Part shown: positions 56,070 to 64,000 of the stretch, piece by piece
Layout: each line of letters starts with the position of its first letter
Numbering within the stretch: the stretch's first letter is position 1
NCBI GenBank assembly: GCA_963838275.1
Contig: CAWIQV010000023.1
Location: 10,730-74,729, forward strand
From: an uncultured Gammaproteobacteria bacterium
GTDB taxonomy: Bacteria > Pseudomonadota > Gammaproteobacteria > Steroidobacterales > Steroidobacteraceae
Direction of reading: 5' to 3'
Length of the DNA stretch: 64,000 nt
Program-made: the position numbers and the translations under genes
The notes under the pieces: generated by a model
Told to the model about the DNA's origin: nothing
What the model saw: the letters and a program-made list of their open reading frames with translations, nothing else
The model's database searches: none

Positions 56070-58227
56070 TCAGTCGGCGTGCGGCAGGTCGTAGTCGAGC
56101 GTGATGCCGAAGCGCCGGGGATCGCCCTGGTCGAGGAACGACTGGGTCGGAAAATCCGGCGGAATCAGTCCGAAGTAGAAACCCTGCTGTGCGTAGCGCA
56201 CGTCGAAGAGATTGCGGACCCACGCGCTGGCGGTCCAGGCGCCGCGCCGGAATCCGATGCGCAGATTCTCGAGGAGGTAGGCCTTCGAGACCTGCGGGTC
56301 GCTGGTGTAGAAATAGAAGCTGTCGAGCGCATTCGCATCGAGCCGGGCGAACCATCCGGAAGGGTGTCGGTACTCGAGGGCCGCCGAGACCTGGTAGCCC
56401 GGGGCAAATGGCTGGGCCCGTCCGTCGATGCTGGAGCTGCCATTGGCGAGCAGCAGCTGCTCGAAGCCGTCGGTCACGCCCAGATAGCGGGTGCGCAGCA
56501 GCCCCAGGGTGCCCGAGAGCTGCCAGCGCTGCGCCAGGCGGTAATGCGCCTCCGTTTCGATACCGTAGTTCTCGCCGGCGGACGCATTCTGGGTGAAGAA
56601 CGCGTAGGCCAGCGGATTGCTGGGATCGAGCTGCTCGGAGAGATAGACCTGCATGTGCTGCCGGCGCATGTAGAAGGCGTCCGCCTGCAGCTCGAGCGCG
56701 TTGCCCGCAGGCGCATAGCGGAATCCGGTCTCGATGCTCCACAGCGATTCGGGTCCGAAACTGCGCTGCTCCGACAGGATCTGCGAGCCGATATTGAATC
56801 CGCCGCCCTTGTAGCCCCGCGATACCGTGGCGTAGAGATGCCGCGCGTCGTCGAGGCGGTGCGTCCAGGACAGGTTGCCACCGTACATCGCATCGGTCTG
56901 GTCCGGGAATGGTGTCGCGGCATCGGCGCTGTCGGCATAGCGCGCGACGCGTCGCTCGAGCCGCAGGCCGCCGCTCAGCGTCGTGCGCGGGCCGAGATCG
57001 GCCTCGAGCGATCCGTACACCGCGAGGTTGGTGGCCGCATAGCTGCTGTCGAGCCGGGACGCGCCGGGCCCCTGCGCGACGTCGGTATAGAAGTCGAACT
57101 GCTGGTCATCCGACTCACTCAGGCGCAGCGCATAGACGCCGGCGAGCCAGCGCAGATGGCCGAACAGCGCCCTGGACGGATCACCGATGAGCCGCAGGTC
57201 CTCGCGCCAGCGTGCGTCGCGTGCGGTTGTCGCTCTGGAAGTAATCGTACGGCGCATACGCTCCCCACAGCACGTCGTTGCCCCAGTCCCCGTCGAACGA
57301 ATAGAGGATCCGGGAATCCGCCGCGCTGCTGAGGCTGCGCAGCTCGCCGAGACCTGGCAGCGTGAAGTCGACGCCCAGCGCCGCCCCATTGGCGCCCTGC
57401 GCGTCGCGCCCGGGCTGGTTCGAATAGGTGGTGAAGGAATTATCGATCGACCAGGCATCGTAGCCGTTGTCGATGTTCACGCGCATCAGCGTGAGGTCGG
57501 CACTGACGCGGTCGTTGACCTGCCAGTGCAGCTTGCCCCGCAGCGTGCCCTCGTCGTAGCCGTTGGTGGTGTTGCGGTCGAAAAAGGCGTCATGCCGGTA
57601 GCCGTCGCTGAGGTACTGCTGCGCCACCAGGCGCCAGCCCAGCGCCCCGGAATCGAGCCCGTCCCCCACGACCAGCCCGGCCGCGCGCGTATCGTAGTCG
57701 CCAGCGCTGAGCTCGCCGTGCAGCTCGAATCCCCTGCCGGGATCGGCGGTGCGGACGTTGATCAGACCCGCGAGCGCACTGGCGCCGTAACTCGTCCCCT
57801 GTGGTCCACGCAGCACTTCGACCTGGCCGAGGTCGATCAGCGTCGCCGGCATGCCGACACCGGAGAAATCGATGCCGTCGATCAGGAAGCCGACCGAGGG
57901 GTTCGGGGCGCCCTGGTACTGCTCGACCTCACCGATGCCGCGCAGCTGGAAGAAGCGCGGGCGCGACGTCCCCGATGCCCAGTTCAGGTTCGGGACCAGC
58001 CCGAGGACATCCTCGAAATGCTGCACCCCGGCGGCTTTCAGCGTGCCGGCATCCAGCACCGTCACGCTCTGCGGCAGTTCGGACACGGGCGTGGCCCGCA
58101 GCGTAGCGGTGACGACGACTTCATCGAGGGCATCGGCGCCGTCCGGGTCGGCCGCGATGCCGGCACGGGGCGCGGCGATCAGGTAGCCGGCCGCCAGCAG
58201 CGCGGCGGTACGCGAGGATACGTGCAT
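56070..58227 (-). pseudogene. TonB-dependent receptor (TPP-riboswitch controlled), +1 indel
   Basis: ORF 57181..58227 holds the signal peptide, plug DEVVVTATLR and VEVLRGPQGTSYGASA. The barrel continues in ORF 56070..57458 (RDARWREDLRLIGDP...). The junction is at ~57215-57230. Span 2158 nt = 3n+1. Confidence 0.85.
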
Positions 58228-58229
58228 CG

Positions 58230-58325
58230 ACCTGCTCCCTACGCCGGTACTAACCGGATCAGGTTCAACGGGTTTGCCGGTCTACCGGCATCTCAGGTCC
58301 AGAACGCAGGACCACCCCAAGGTTT
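58230..58325 (-). promoter_or_regulatory. TPP (THI-box) riboswitch
   Basis: The minus-strand leader reads GGGGUGGUCCUGCGUUCUGGACCUGAGAUGCCGGUAGACCGGCAAACCCGUUGAACCUGAUCCGGUUAGUACCGGCGUAGGGAGCAGGUCG-AUG. It has the conserved GGGGUG, CUGAGA, ACCC and GAACCUGAUCCGGUUAGUACCGGCGUAGGGA blocks. AGGGAG doubles as the RBS. Confidence 0.85.
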
Positions 58326-58439
58326 AGGCACGGAACTATCGATCAGCCGGACGGCCTTTGCAAGGCTGGTCCGGAAACTCCCCTGCTGCGCTTCAGGAAA
58401 ACGTTCAGCTTCAGGCAACGCGGTCGCTGCGGGTGCCGC

Positions 58440-59303
58440 TCAGGTCCAGTCCCCGCCACCGCCCGATCCACCGCTGTCATCCCAGGAACTGCCGCTGCCG
58501 TTGTCATCCCAGGACGAGGAATCGGAAACGCCGAAATCATTGCCACCCATGGACGGGTTCGGATCCGGTGGCGGTTCGACGAATTCACGCTCCGTCGGCA
58601 CCTGGCCCATCGCGCGGTCGCCCTCGAAGACATGGCGCACGAGCTCCTCGCCGGCCGCCATGCCGGCGCCGACCGCCAGTCCACTCGCCAGCCCGCCGAC
58701 GAGGCCAGAGCCTCCGCCGACCACGCCGGGAAACCCGACACCACCGCCCATAGGCCCGCCCATCGGCATGCCGCCGGTGTAGCCGCCCGGATAGCCGCCC
58801 GGATAGCCGGCGGAGCCCGGATACTGCGCCGGTATCACGACCTGCCGCGCACGCGCGCGCACGATCAGCCAGAAGACCGCGAGCCCGCCGCCGATCAGCA
58901 GTACCGTCAGCCACGGAAAGGCCGCGTGCGGTACTGGCGCAGCCATCGGCGCATATCGCGTCGTGCCCTGTGCGATCTGGCTGCGCAGTGCCGCGACCGC
59001 TCCGGGCTGTGCGAACGGCAGCCCGGGTTCCAGTGACTGCGCCGTATTCAACTCCTGGCGCGCGGCCGCGAGATTGCCAGCCCTGGCATCGACCTCGGCG
59101 GCGACGTAGTGCGCCTTGGCGCTCTGCGGATGATCGCGCAGCACCTGGCTCATCATCTGCTGCGCCTCGGCCACATGGCCGGTGCGCGCCGCCTCGTAGA
59201 CCTGGCTCATGCTCGGATCGGCGTCAGCGGCATGCACGAGGCCGCTCATCGAGGCCACGGCTGCCAGCATCACGGCGGCGCTGGCCTTCCTCGGACTGGA
59301 CAT
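58440..59303 (-). CDS. membrane-anchored TPR-like protein with Gly-rich C-terminal region
   Basis: Inner ATG (MSSPRKASAAVMLAAVASMSGLVHA) after GGGAG. One TPR-like unit. TM segment FPWLTVLLIGGGLAVFWLIV. GYPGGYPGGY and SSWDD repeats. Confidence 0.6.
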   Translation of the reverse strand: MSSPRKASAAVMLAAVASMSGLVHAADADPSMSQVYEAARTGHVAEAQQMMSQVLRDHPQSAKAHYVAAEVDARAGNLAAARQELNTAQSLEPGLPFAQPGAVAALRSQIAQGTTRYAPMAAPVPHAAFPWLTVLLIGGGLAVFWLIVRARARQVVIPAQYPGSAGYPGGYPGGYTGGMPMGGPMGGGVGFPGVVGGGSGLVGGLASGLAVGAGMAAGEELVRHVFEGDRAMGQVPTEREFVEPPPDPNPSMGGNDFGVSDSSSWDDNGSGSSWDDSGGSGGGGDWT

Positions 59304-59523
59304 CGTGTGTACTCCCGGAAACGGACTGGAGAGCATTCCTGAACCCCTAGAATGTGTCTGCAGGCGGAGAATTCAAGCACGCTGCGCGCGCCCGTGCCTG
59401 CTTGGGCCGCGATGCCGGCCCGAAGGTTCCGTGACCCAGCCAGGGCCCGCAACCCGATCTGTTCAAGTAATTGATCATCAACACAAAATGGTACGTCCAC
59501 CGCGCCTGGAACGATGCGCTGGA

Positions 59524-59585
59524 CTGTCAGGTCCTGCTTGACAGTGCGCTCCAGTTCGAGAACCATGTCAGGATATACCTGACAG
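59524..59585 (+). promoter_or_regulatory. two copies of a 21-bp palindrome (CTGTCAGG-N5-CCTGACAG), putative operator pair
   Basis: Site 1 is CTGTCAGGtcctgCTTGACAG (59524-59544). Site 2 is ATGTCAGGatataCCTGACAG (59565-59585). Their centres are 41 bp apart. Site 1 contains TTGACA. Site 2 ends 13 nt before the GTG of the downstream gene. Confidence 0.35.
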
Positions 59586-59598
59586 ACGGAGCGGGCCC

Positions 59599-59943
59599 GT
59601 GACCCTGACGCTGCGCCGACGGCGATTGCGCTGCTCGTTCTGCGACCGTGCCGACTCGGAGGTCGCAAAGCTGCTGGGCGGGCCGAAGAGCCATATCTGC
59701 GATGCCTGCGTCGGCGTCTGCAACCGCATCCTCGAGGCGACGCCGGCGACCTTCGCCGGCTGGGACGCGATGAGCGACGATGCACTGCTCGGCTCGCTGC
59801 AGCCGGCGCTGGCGACCGTGGAAGCCACGCGCCAGGTGCTGCAGACGCAGATCGACACGCTACGGGCGCGCGGCGTCAGCTGGAGCGCGATCGGCGCGGC
59901 CATTGGCATCTCGCGCCAGGCGGCGTGGGAACGCTTCTCTTGA
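59599..59943 (+). CDS. ClpX-type C4 zinc-finger protein with C-terminal helix-turn-helix
   Basis: ORF track, 114 aa, GTG start after GGAG. CSFCDRADSEVAKLLGGPKSHICDACV matches the ClpX N-terminal zinc-binding domain (CxxC-x18-CxxC). The C-terminal VSWSAIGAAIGISRQAAWERF is HTH-like. Confidence 0.7.
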   Translation: MTLTLRRRRLRCSFCDRADSEVAKLLGGPKSHICDACVGVCNRILEATPATFAGWDAMSDDALLGSLQPALATVEATRQVLQTQIDTLRARGVSWSAIGAAIGISRQAAWERFS

Positions 59944-60611
59944 ATCCACGCCCGAACTTCATCGCGCGCATCGTGCGTGCGCGTCCCCGCCTGTTCATCG
60001 CGGCGGCTGGCGCCGCCGCGGTCGCGGTGCTGACGCCTGCCGGAGTGACCAGCCACGCGGTGACGCGCTGCCTGCTGGCCTGGAATGCCGGCACCTGCCT
60101 GTACATCCTGCTCGCCGCGCTGATGATGAGCCGCTCCTCGGCGCACCAGATGCGGCGCCGCGCGCAGCTGCAGGACGAAGGCGCAACGACGATCCTGATC
60201 CTGGTGGCGCTCAGCGCGATCGCGAGTCTCGCGGCGATCGCGGGCGAACTCGCCGTGGTCAGGGATGTGCACGGATGGCTGCGCAGCGCGCACGTCGCGC
60301 TGACGGGAATCACCGTCGTCTCTTCGTGGGGCTTCATCCAGATCATGTTCGCGCTGCACTACGCCCACGATTACTACGCGGCGATCTGCCGCGGCCAGCC
60401 GGCGGGATTGCGCTTCCCCGACGAGGAGCGCCCGGACTACGGCGATTTCTTCTACTTCTCATCGGTGGTCGGCACCTCGGGCCAGACCGCCGACGTTGCA
60501 TTCACCTCGCGCCACCTGCGTCGCGTCGGGACGCTGCATTGCATCCTCGCCTACCTGTTCAACACGATCGTACTCGCGCTGTTGATCAACATCAGCGCAA
60601 GCCTGTTCTGA
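59925..60611 (+). CDS. DUF1345 family membrane protein
   Basis: ORF track, 228 aa. DYGDFFYFSSVVGTSGQTADV motif plus 5-6 TM segments. Start uncertain (GTG 59925 or TTG ~59941). Confidence 0.7.
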   Translation: MGTLLLNPRPNFIARIVRARPRLFIAAAGAAAVAVLTPAGVTSHAVTRCLLAWNAGTCLYILLAALMMSRSSAHQMRRRAQLQDEGATTILILVALSAIASLAAIAGELAVVRDVHGWLRSAHVALTGITVVSSWGFIQIMFALHYAHDYYAAICRGQPAGLRFPDEERPDYGDFFYFSSVVGTSGQTADVAFTSRHLRRVGTLHCILAYLFNTIVLALLINISASLF

Positions 60612-60641
60612 TCGCGGCTGGGACCATGGCCAGGCTCAGGG

Positions 60642-61922
60642 TCAGGGTTCCCGCCCTCCCCTCGCACCGCTGCCGCGACTGACGGTGCCGGCACCCGGGA
60701 CGCCCGCGCCGGCGCCGCCGGTGCTCGCGCTGCTGCGAGTGCCGCCCCCGGTGTTGCCAGCGCCGCTGTACCCATTGCCGGCCGGACCCGCCATGCGGCT
60801 GCCCTCGGCGCGCGGCGGCGGCAGGGGCATCGGCGCCGGCGGACGCTCGAACGCAGCTTGTGCGTGCGGGTGCTCCACGGGAGCCTGCACATAGGGCCGC
60901 TGGAGCGGAGCTTGCCCGGCCGGGCGGTCCAAGCGCTGCGCCTCCGGACCTGCGCTGCGCTCCAACTGTGGCGGGTCATGCCGCGGGGCGGGAGTCGCGA
61001 GCGGACTGCGCACGCTGGGCGGTACGGTGAGCACACCCGGAAGTGCCGCGCTGCCGTGGTTCTCACCGGTGAGGGCGTGTTGGCCCGCTGCGCTCTCGAA
61101 ACGGGCGCGCGTCGGGGCGTCGACGTACGGCACGCCGCCGCGGTGCTGCGGATCATGCTGCCATGGACCGGGGTGCCAGGGCGGCGGGACGGAACCGGGC
61201 CTGCTGATCACGTTGAGGCGATGATGCCGCCAGTCCCACTGCTCCCAGCCCCAGAGCGGAGCGACCACGGTCACGCCGATGAAACTGCCGAACGGGTAGC
61301 CGGTGACGATGAAATCATCCGGCGGATACTGCGCCGACGGCCATCCGCCGTAAGCCGACAGCGGATCGTAGACCGGTACGTAGACGACTTCCGGGTCGGC
61401 CGGGGCGATCTCGATGCCCTGGGGGCCTGCGCTCACCTGCTCCTGCTCCGAGGACTTCAGAGTGCCGGCTGCGCCAGCCCGTGCGCGCAGGCGCTGGATC
61501 GCGTCCATGACGTCCGCCTGCTGGGCCAGAAACGCGTTCCCGAGCTGCTCGGTCCAGTCGAGATCGTTGTCCAGCAGGTTCAGCACCTGCGGGAATGGCA
61601 CCAGGGCCTTGACGCTCGGGTCCCACGGCTGGGCCTGCAATGCATCGACCAGCTGCAGTCCCTGCAACGAAGCATTGGCGTCGTTCTGCAGCCAGCGATC
61701 CGCCTGCACGATTTCCAGCGGATAGGTCGCTGCCGTCAGCAGCGGGCCGAGCAGCGCGTCCGGATACAGTGCGATCGGCGCGAGCATCTGCTCGAGCTGC
61801 ATCGCGGAGTATACGGGCGTCGCCGCCGGCGGCGGTGTCTGGCCATGGACTGCGGCCTGCGGCAGCAGCAGCAGCAGCAGCAACGTCACCGTCCGCGCAG
61901 TCACCGGACTACTCATGCGCAT
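60642..61922 (-). CDS. DUF3300 domain protein (exported, Pro/Gly-rich tail)
   Basis: Inner ATG (MRMSSPVTARTVTLLLLLLLPQAAVHG) of ORF 60642..62411. LEQMLAPIALYPDALLGPLLTAATYPLEIVQADRWL is the DUF3300 signature as I recall it. Confidence 0.7.
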   Translation of the reverse strand: MRMSSPVTARTVTLLLLLLLPQAAVHGQTPPPAATPVYSAMQLEQMLAPIALYPDALLGPLLTAATYPLEIVQADRWLQNDANASLQGLQLVDALQAQPWDPSVKALVPFPQVLNLLDNDLDWTEQLGNAFLAQQADVMDAIQRLRARAGAAGTLKSSEQEQVSAGPQGIEIAPADPEVVYVPVYDPLSAYGGWPSAQYPPDDFIVTGYPFGSFIGVTVVAPLWGWEQWDWRHHRLNVISRPGSVPPPWHPGPWQHDPQHRGGVPYVDAPTRARFESAAGQHALTGENHGSAALPGVLTVPPSVRSPLATPAPRHDPPQLERSAGPEAQRLDRPAGQAPLQRPYVQAPVEHPHAQAAFERPPAPMPLPPPRAEGSRMAGPAGNGYSGAGNTGGGTRSSASTGGAGAGVPGAGTVSRGSGARGGREP

Positions 61923-62008
61923 CGACCTCGCGACGCCTCGGGAGCGCGCCGACACCACCGGGCCGGGCACCGTGGTGCGGAGCGGCCGGCCGCCACGGGC
62001 TTCGCGGC

Positions 62009-62707
62009 TCAGCCGGTAGTCTTCGCAGTCTGCCCGAACAGGATCTTCCGCGCCTCCTCGGTCATGGCCGGCGGTCGCGGGAACTGGTCGGCACGCGCAT
62101 ACGCGCGAACGGTCGCCGGACGCTGCGCCACCTGCTCGAACCAGCGCTTCAGCGATGGAAACTCGGCCAGATCCTGTCGCTGCAGCTGCCACGGCACGAT
62201 CCAGGGGTAGATCGCGAGGTCGGCGATCGAATAGGCGGCTCCCGCGACCCAGGGATGGAGCCGCAGGCGCCGGTCGAGCACTCCGTAGAGACGGTTGGTC
62301 TCCTTCACGTAGCGCTCGGTCGCATAGGGCTGGTTTTCCGGTGCATAGCGCACGAAATGGTGATTCTGGCCGGCCATCGGCCCGAGGCCGCCGACCTGCC
62401 AGAACAACCATTCGAGCGTCGCGATGCGCTCGCGCACGTCACGGGACAGCAGCTGACCCGACTTCTCGGCCAGGTACAGCAGGATCGCCCCGGACTCGAA
62501 CACCGAGATCGGCGCCCCGCCGTCGGCCGGCGCCGGATCGATGATGGCGGGCATGCGGTTGTTCGGGCTGATCGCGAGGAATTCCGGCTTGAACTGATCC
62601 CCTTTGCCGATGTCGACCGGCACGATCCGGTACGGCATCCCGGTCTCTTCCAGGAACATCGTGATCTTGTGGCCATTGGGCGTGGGCCAGTAATAAAGGT
62701 CGATCAC
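62009..62707 (-). CDS. yfcG: Nu-class glutathione S-transferase / disulfide-bond oxidoreductase
   Basis: ORF track, 232 aa. MIDLYYWPTPNGHKITMFLEE...SPNNRMPAIIDPAPADGG...FESGAILLYLAEK...WLFWQVGGLGPMAGQNHHF is nearly collinear with E. coli YfcG as I remember it. Confidence 0.88.
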   Translation of the reverse strand: MIDLYYWPTPNGHKITMFLEETGMPYRIVPVDIGKGDQFKPEFLAISPNNRMPAIIDPAPADGGAPISVFESGAILLYLAEKSGQLLSRDVRERIATLEWLFWQVGGLGPMAGQNHHFVRYAPENQPYATERYVKETNRLYGVLDRRLRLHPWVAGAAYSIADLAIYPWIVPWQLQRQDLAEFPSLKRWFEQVAQRPATVRAYARADQFPRPPAMTEEARKILFGQTAKTTG

Positions 62708-63771
62708 TTGGCGCGTCCCCGATAGCCCTGCGCGATCATCGGCATCGACAGCACCTCGCCGCCGGCAATACCGGCGATGCCGGGCTTGCCACTGCGCTTG
62801 ATCACGACGGCGTACAGCGTTTTCTTGTCCGGACCGCTGAACGCAACACTGATGGCGCCATAGGGCACCGGTATCGTGCCGAGGACGGTGCCGTCCGGGG
62901 CGACGACGACGATGCCTTGGCTGGCCGTGACGTAGATGCGCCCGTCGGCGTCGATCGTGCTGCCGTCGCCACCACCGCCGGGCAGCGTCGCCAGCGTGCG
63001 CTGGTGCGCGAGGGAACCGTCCGGCTGCACGTCGAATGCCACCAGCGTGCCGGCATTGGTCACGTACAGGGTCTTCTCGTCCGCACTGAGGATGATGCCG
63101 TTGGTGCGCAGATTCTCCCCGTACTGCGTGATCGTGCCGTGCGGGTCCGCGTAGTACAGGCCGCCCATCGTGAAATACACGCCGCCATTGGCTGCCGCGG
63201 CAAGATCATTGAGCACGCTGCCGAGGCAATCGAGCGGATCATCGTGATAGCGGTTCGCGAACAGCTTGTGAACCGGTGACAGCTCCCAGATGGCCGGATT
63301 GAGCTCGCGCTCGTTGATGAACAGCACCCCATGACTGTTGCGCGAGAGTGCCCCGCCGGTATGCGTGCCCGTGTAGACGACCGATGCCTTGCCGCTGCGG
63401 TCGAGCTTCACCACGTCGCTGTTGTCGTTCTGCGCGACCAGCAGTCCGCCGTCGGTGCTCGCGATGATGCCGTCGGCATTGTTTCCGGTCTCGGTCCAGA
63501 CCACGTTCCAGCGCGCCCCGGCCGCGACGACACCGGGAATGGCAGCGACCTGGTAGTCGGCCGGTGCCGTATCAGCCGCGGCGCCACCCGGGGGACGGGC
63601 GGCCGGCGCCGCGGGCGGCTGCTTGCACCGTGCGAGCACGGCAGGCTCGCGCGCGTCCTGCGCCGCCTGGACTCCCGGACCCTGACGCGGGGCCGGCGCG
63701 GCGTCCTGGCCGACCGCAGCACCCGCAACGAACACTCCCACCGCGAGCGCGGTGATCACCGATGAATTCAT
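62704..63771 (-). CDS. SMP-30/gluconolactonase/LRE family beta-propeller protein (exported)
   Basis: ORF track, 355 aa. Signal peptide. Repeated ...DGxxYVT.../...NGIILSADEKTLYV... propeller blades. Confidence 0.78.
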   Translation of the reverse strand: MNSSVITALAVGVFVAGAAVGQDAAPAPRQGPGVQAAQDAREPAVLARCKQPPAAPAARPPGGAAADTAPADYQVAAIPGVVAAGARWNVVWTETGNNADGIIASTDGGLLVAQNDNSDVVKLDRSGKASVVYTGTHTGGALSRNSHGVLFINERELNPAIWELSPVHKLFANRYHDDPLDCLGSVLNDLAAAANGGVYFTMGGLYYADPHGTITQYGENLRTNGIILSADEKTLYVTNAGTLVAFDVQPDGSLAHQRTLATLPGGGGDGSTIDADGRIYVTASQGIVVVAPDGTVLGTIPVPYGAISVAFSGPDKKTLYAVVIKRSGKPGIAGIAGGEVLSMPMIAQGYRGRAK

Positions 63772-63808
63772 GACTCCCCCCCGACGATACGTGAACTGGA
63801 TCCGGCCT

Positions 63809-64000
63809 TCAGAATCTTAAGGCAAGGGCCGCACTGCTGCACGCGCCGGAACGCCGGCGCAGCCACAGTCGATGTCCGGCCAGCGACGCGATGATCGCCA
63901 GTTCCCACCACTGCAGAGTGCCGCCGCCGCCAGCGCCCCTGGCACCACCACCGGCGCCCGCACCGCCGCTCGAACTGGAGGCTCCACCGCTCGAACTGGA
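63809..64000 (-). CDS. 3' end of a gene encoding a Ser/Gly-rich protein with a GlyGly-CTERM-like sorting tail (5' end outside the window)
   Basis: Own translation: SSSSGGASSSSGGAGAGGGARGAGGGGTLQWWELAIIASLAGHRLWLRRRSGACSSAALALRF*. This is a Gly run, then a hydrophobic helix, then an Arg cluster. Not in the ORF track because the start lies outside the window. Confidence 0.5.
   Translation of the reverse strand, partial: SSSSGGASSSSGGAGAGGGARGAGGGGTLQWWELAIIASLAGHRLWLRRRSGACSSAALALRF

Noticed and set aside
54664-56742. 692-aa version of the BamA-like gene
   Set aside because: The N-terminal 275 residues are Arg/Pro/Ala junk overlapping the 3' end of the neighbouring receptor gene. A GTG at 55917 gives a normal signal peptide.
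19815-57235. Programmed ribosomal frameshifting as an explanation for the split genes
   Set aside because: The junctions have no slippery heptamers or downstream structures. The affected gene families are not known to use recoding. The pattern fits random single-base insertions.
59524-59585. LexA/SOS boxes
   Set aside because: The sites read (C/A)TGT-N13-ACAG, not the gammaproteobacterial CTGT-N8-ACAG. No SOS gene is downstream.
1-64000. Mobile elements, prophage, genomic-island borders, and tRNA/rRNA genes
   Set aside because: I saw no integrase, transposase or phage-like ORFs, no long inverted or direct terminal repeats, no obvious AT-rich compositional break, and no tRNA-like cloverleaf candidates in the intergenic regions I read.

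Overview
This is a very GC-rich, gene-dense bacterial chromosomal segment. Long spurious ORFs occur in all six frames. Gene content looks gammaproteobacterial (Xanthomonadales/Nevskiales-like), but the taxon is inference only. I call about 60 protein genes and one TPP riboswitch. I found no rRNA, tRNA, CRISPR array, transposase, integrase or phage genes, so this looks like core chromosome rather than a mobile island.

Blocks:
- (i) 0-12 kb: two small transporter/membrane genes, then sulfate assimilation (cysI-DUF934, cysH-cysG-cysteine synthase-apbE-GNAT) interleaved with hemB-hemL.
- (ii) 12-17 kb: ppc and a KefB-like K+ efflux gene.
- (iii) 17.2-27.3 kb: a nine-gene minus-strand envelope operon. 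It encodes a thioredoxin, four exported proteins (two of them large, TPR-like), one TolQ/ExbB-like protein, two TolR/ExbD-like proteins and a TonB/AgmX-like protein. It resembles the Agl/Glt core of myxobacterial gliding machinery.
- (iv) 27.6-40.4 kb: an uncharacterised exported cluster carrying five CxxCH motifs (DUF1588/1585-like, LamG lipoprotein, Tat DUF1501-like, TolB-propeller/HzsA-like). It is followed by outer-membrane barrels, TlpA-DUF4266-DUF3570 and a SYLF protein.
- (v) 40.4-47.4 kb: an ABC pair, a basic protein, a KirBac-type K+ channel, a TonB-dependent receptor and a YXWGXW lipoprotein.
- (vi) 47.5-52.7 kb: an ECF sigma/anti-sigma pair with a fatty-acid-modification set (Cfa-like, DUF1475, FAD oxidoreductase, DUF1365).
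- (vii) 52.7-64 kb: an MFS transporter, a BamA-like outer-membrane protein, a TPP-riboswitch-controlled TonB-dependent receptor, a ClpX-zinc-finger/HTH protein with twin palindromes, DUF1345, DUF3300, a YfcG-like GST, an SMP-30 family protein, and a partial gene with a GlyGly-CTERM-like tail.

The most interesting candidates are blocks (iii) and (iv).

Caveats:
- At least 12 single-base indels (mostly +1 insertions) break or scramble 8 genes. I cannot tell assembly error from real decay.
- All family names come from my own motif recognition, not from searches.
- Coordinates not anchored on the ORF track may be off by 1-2 nt.
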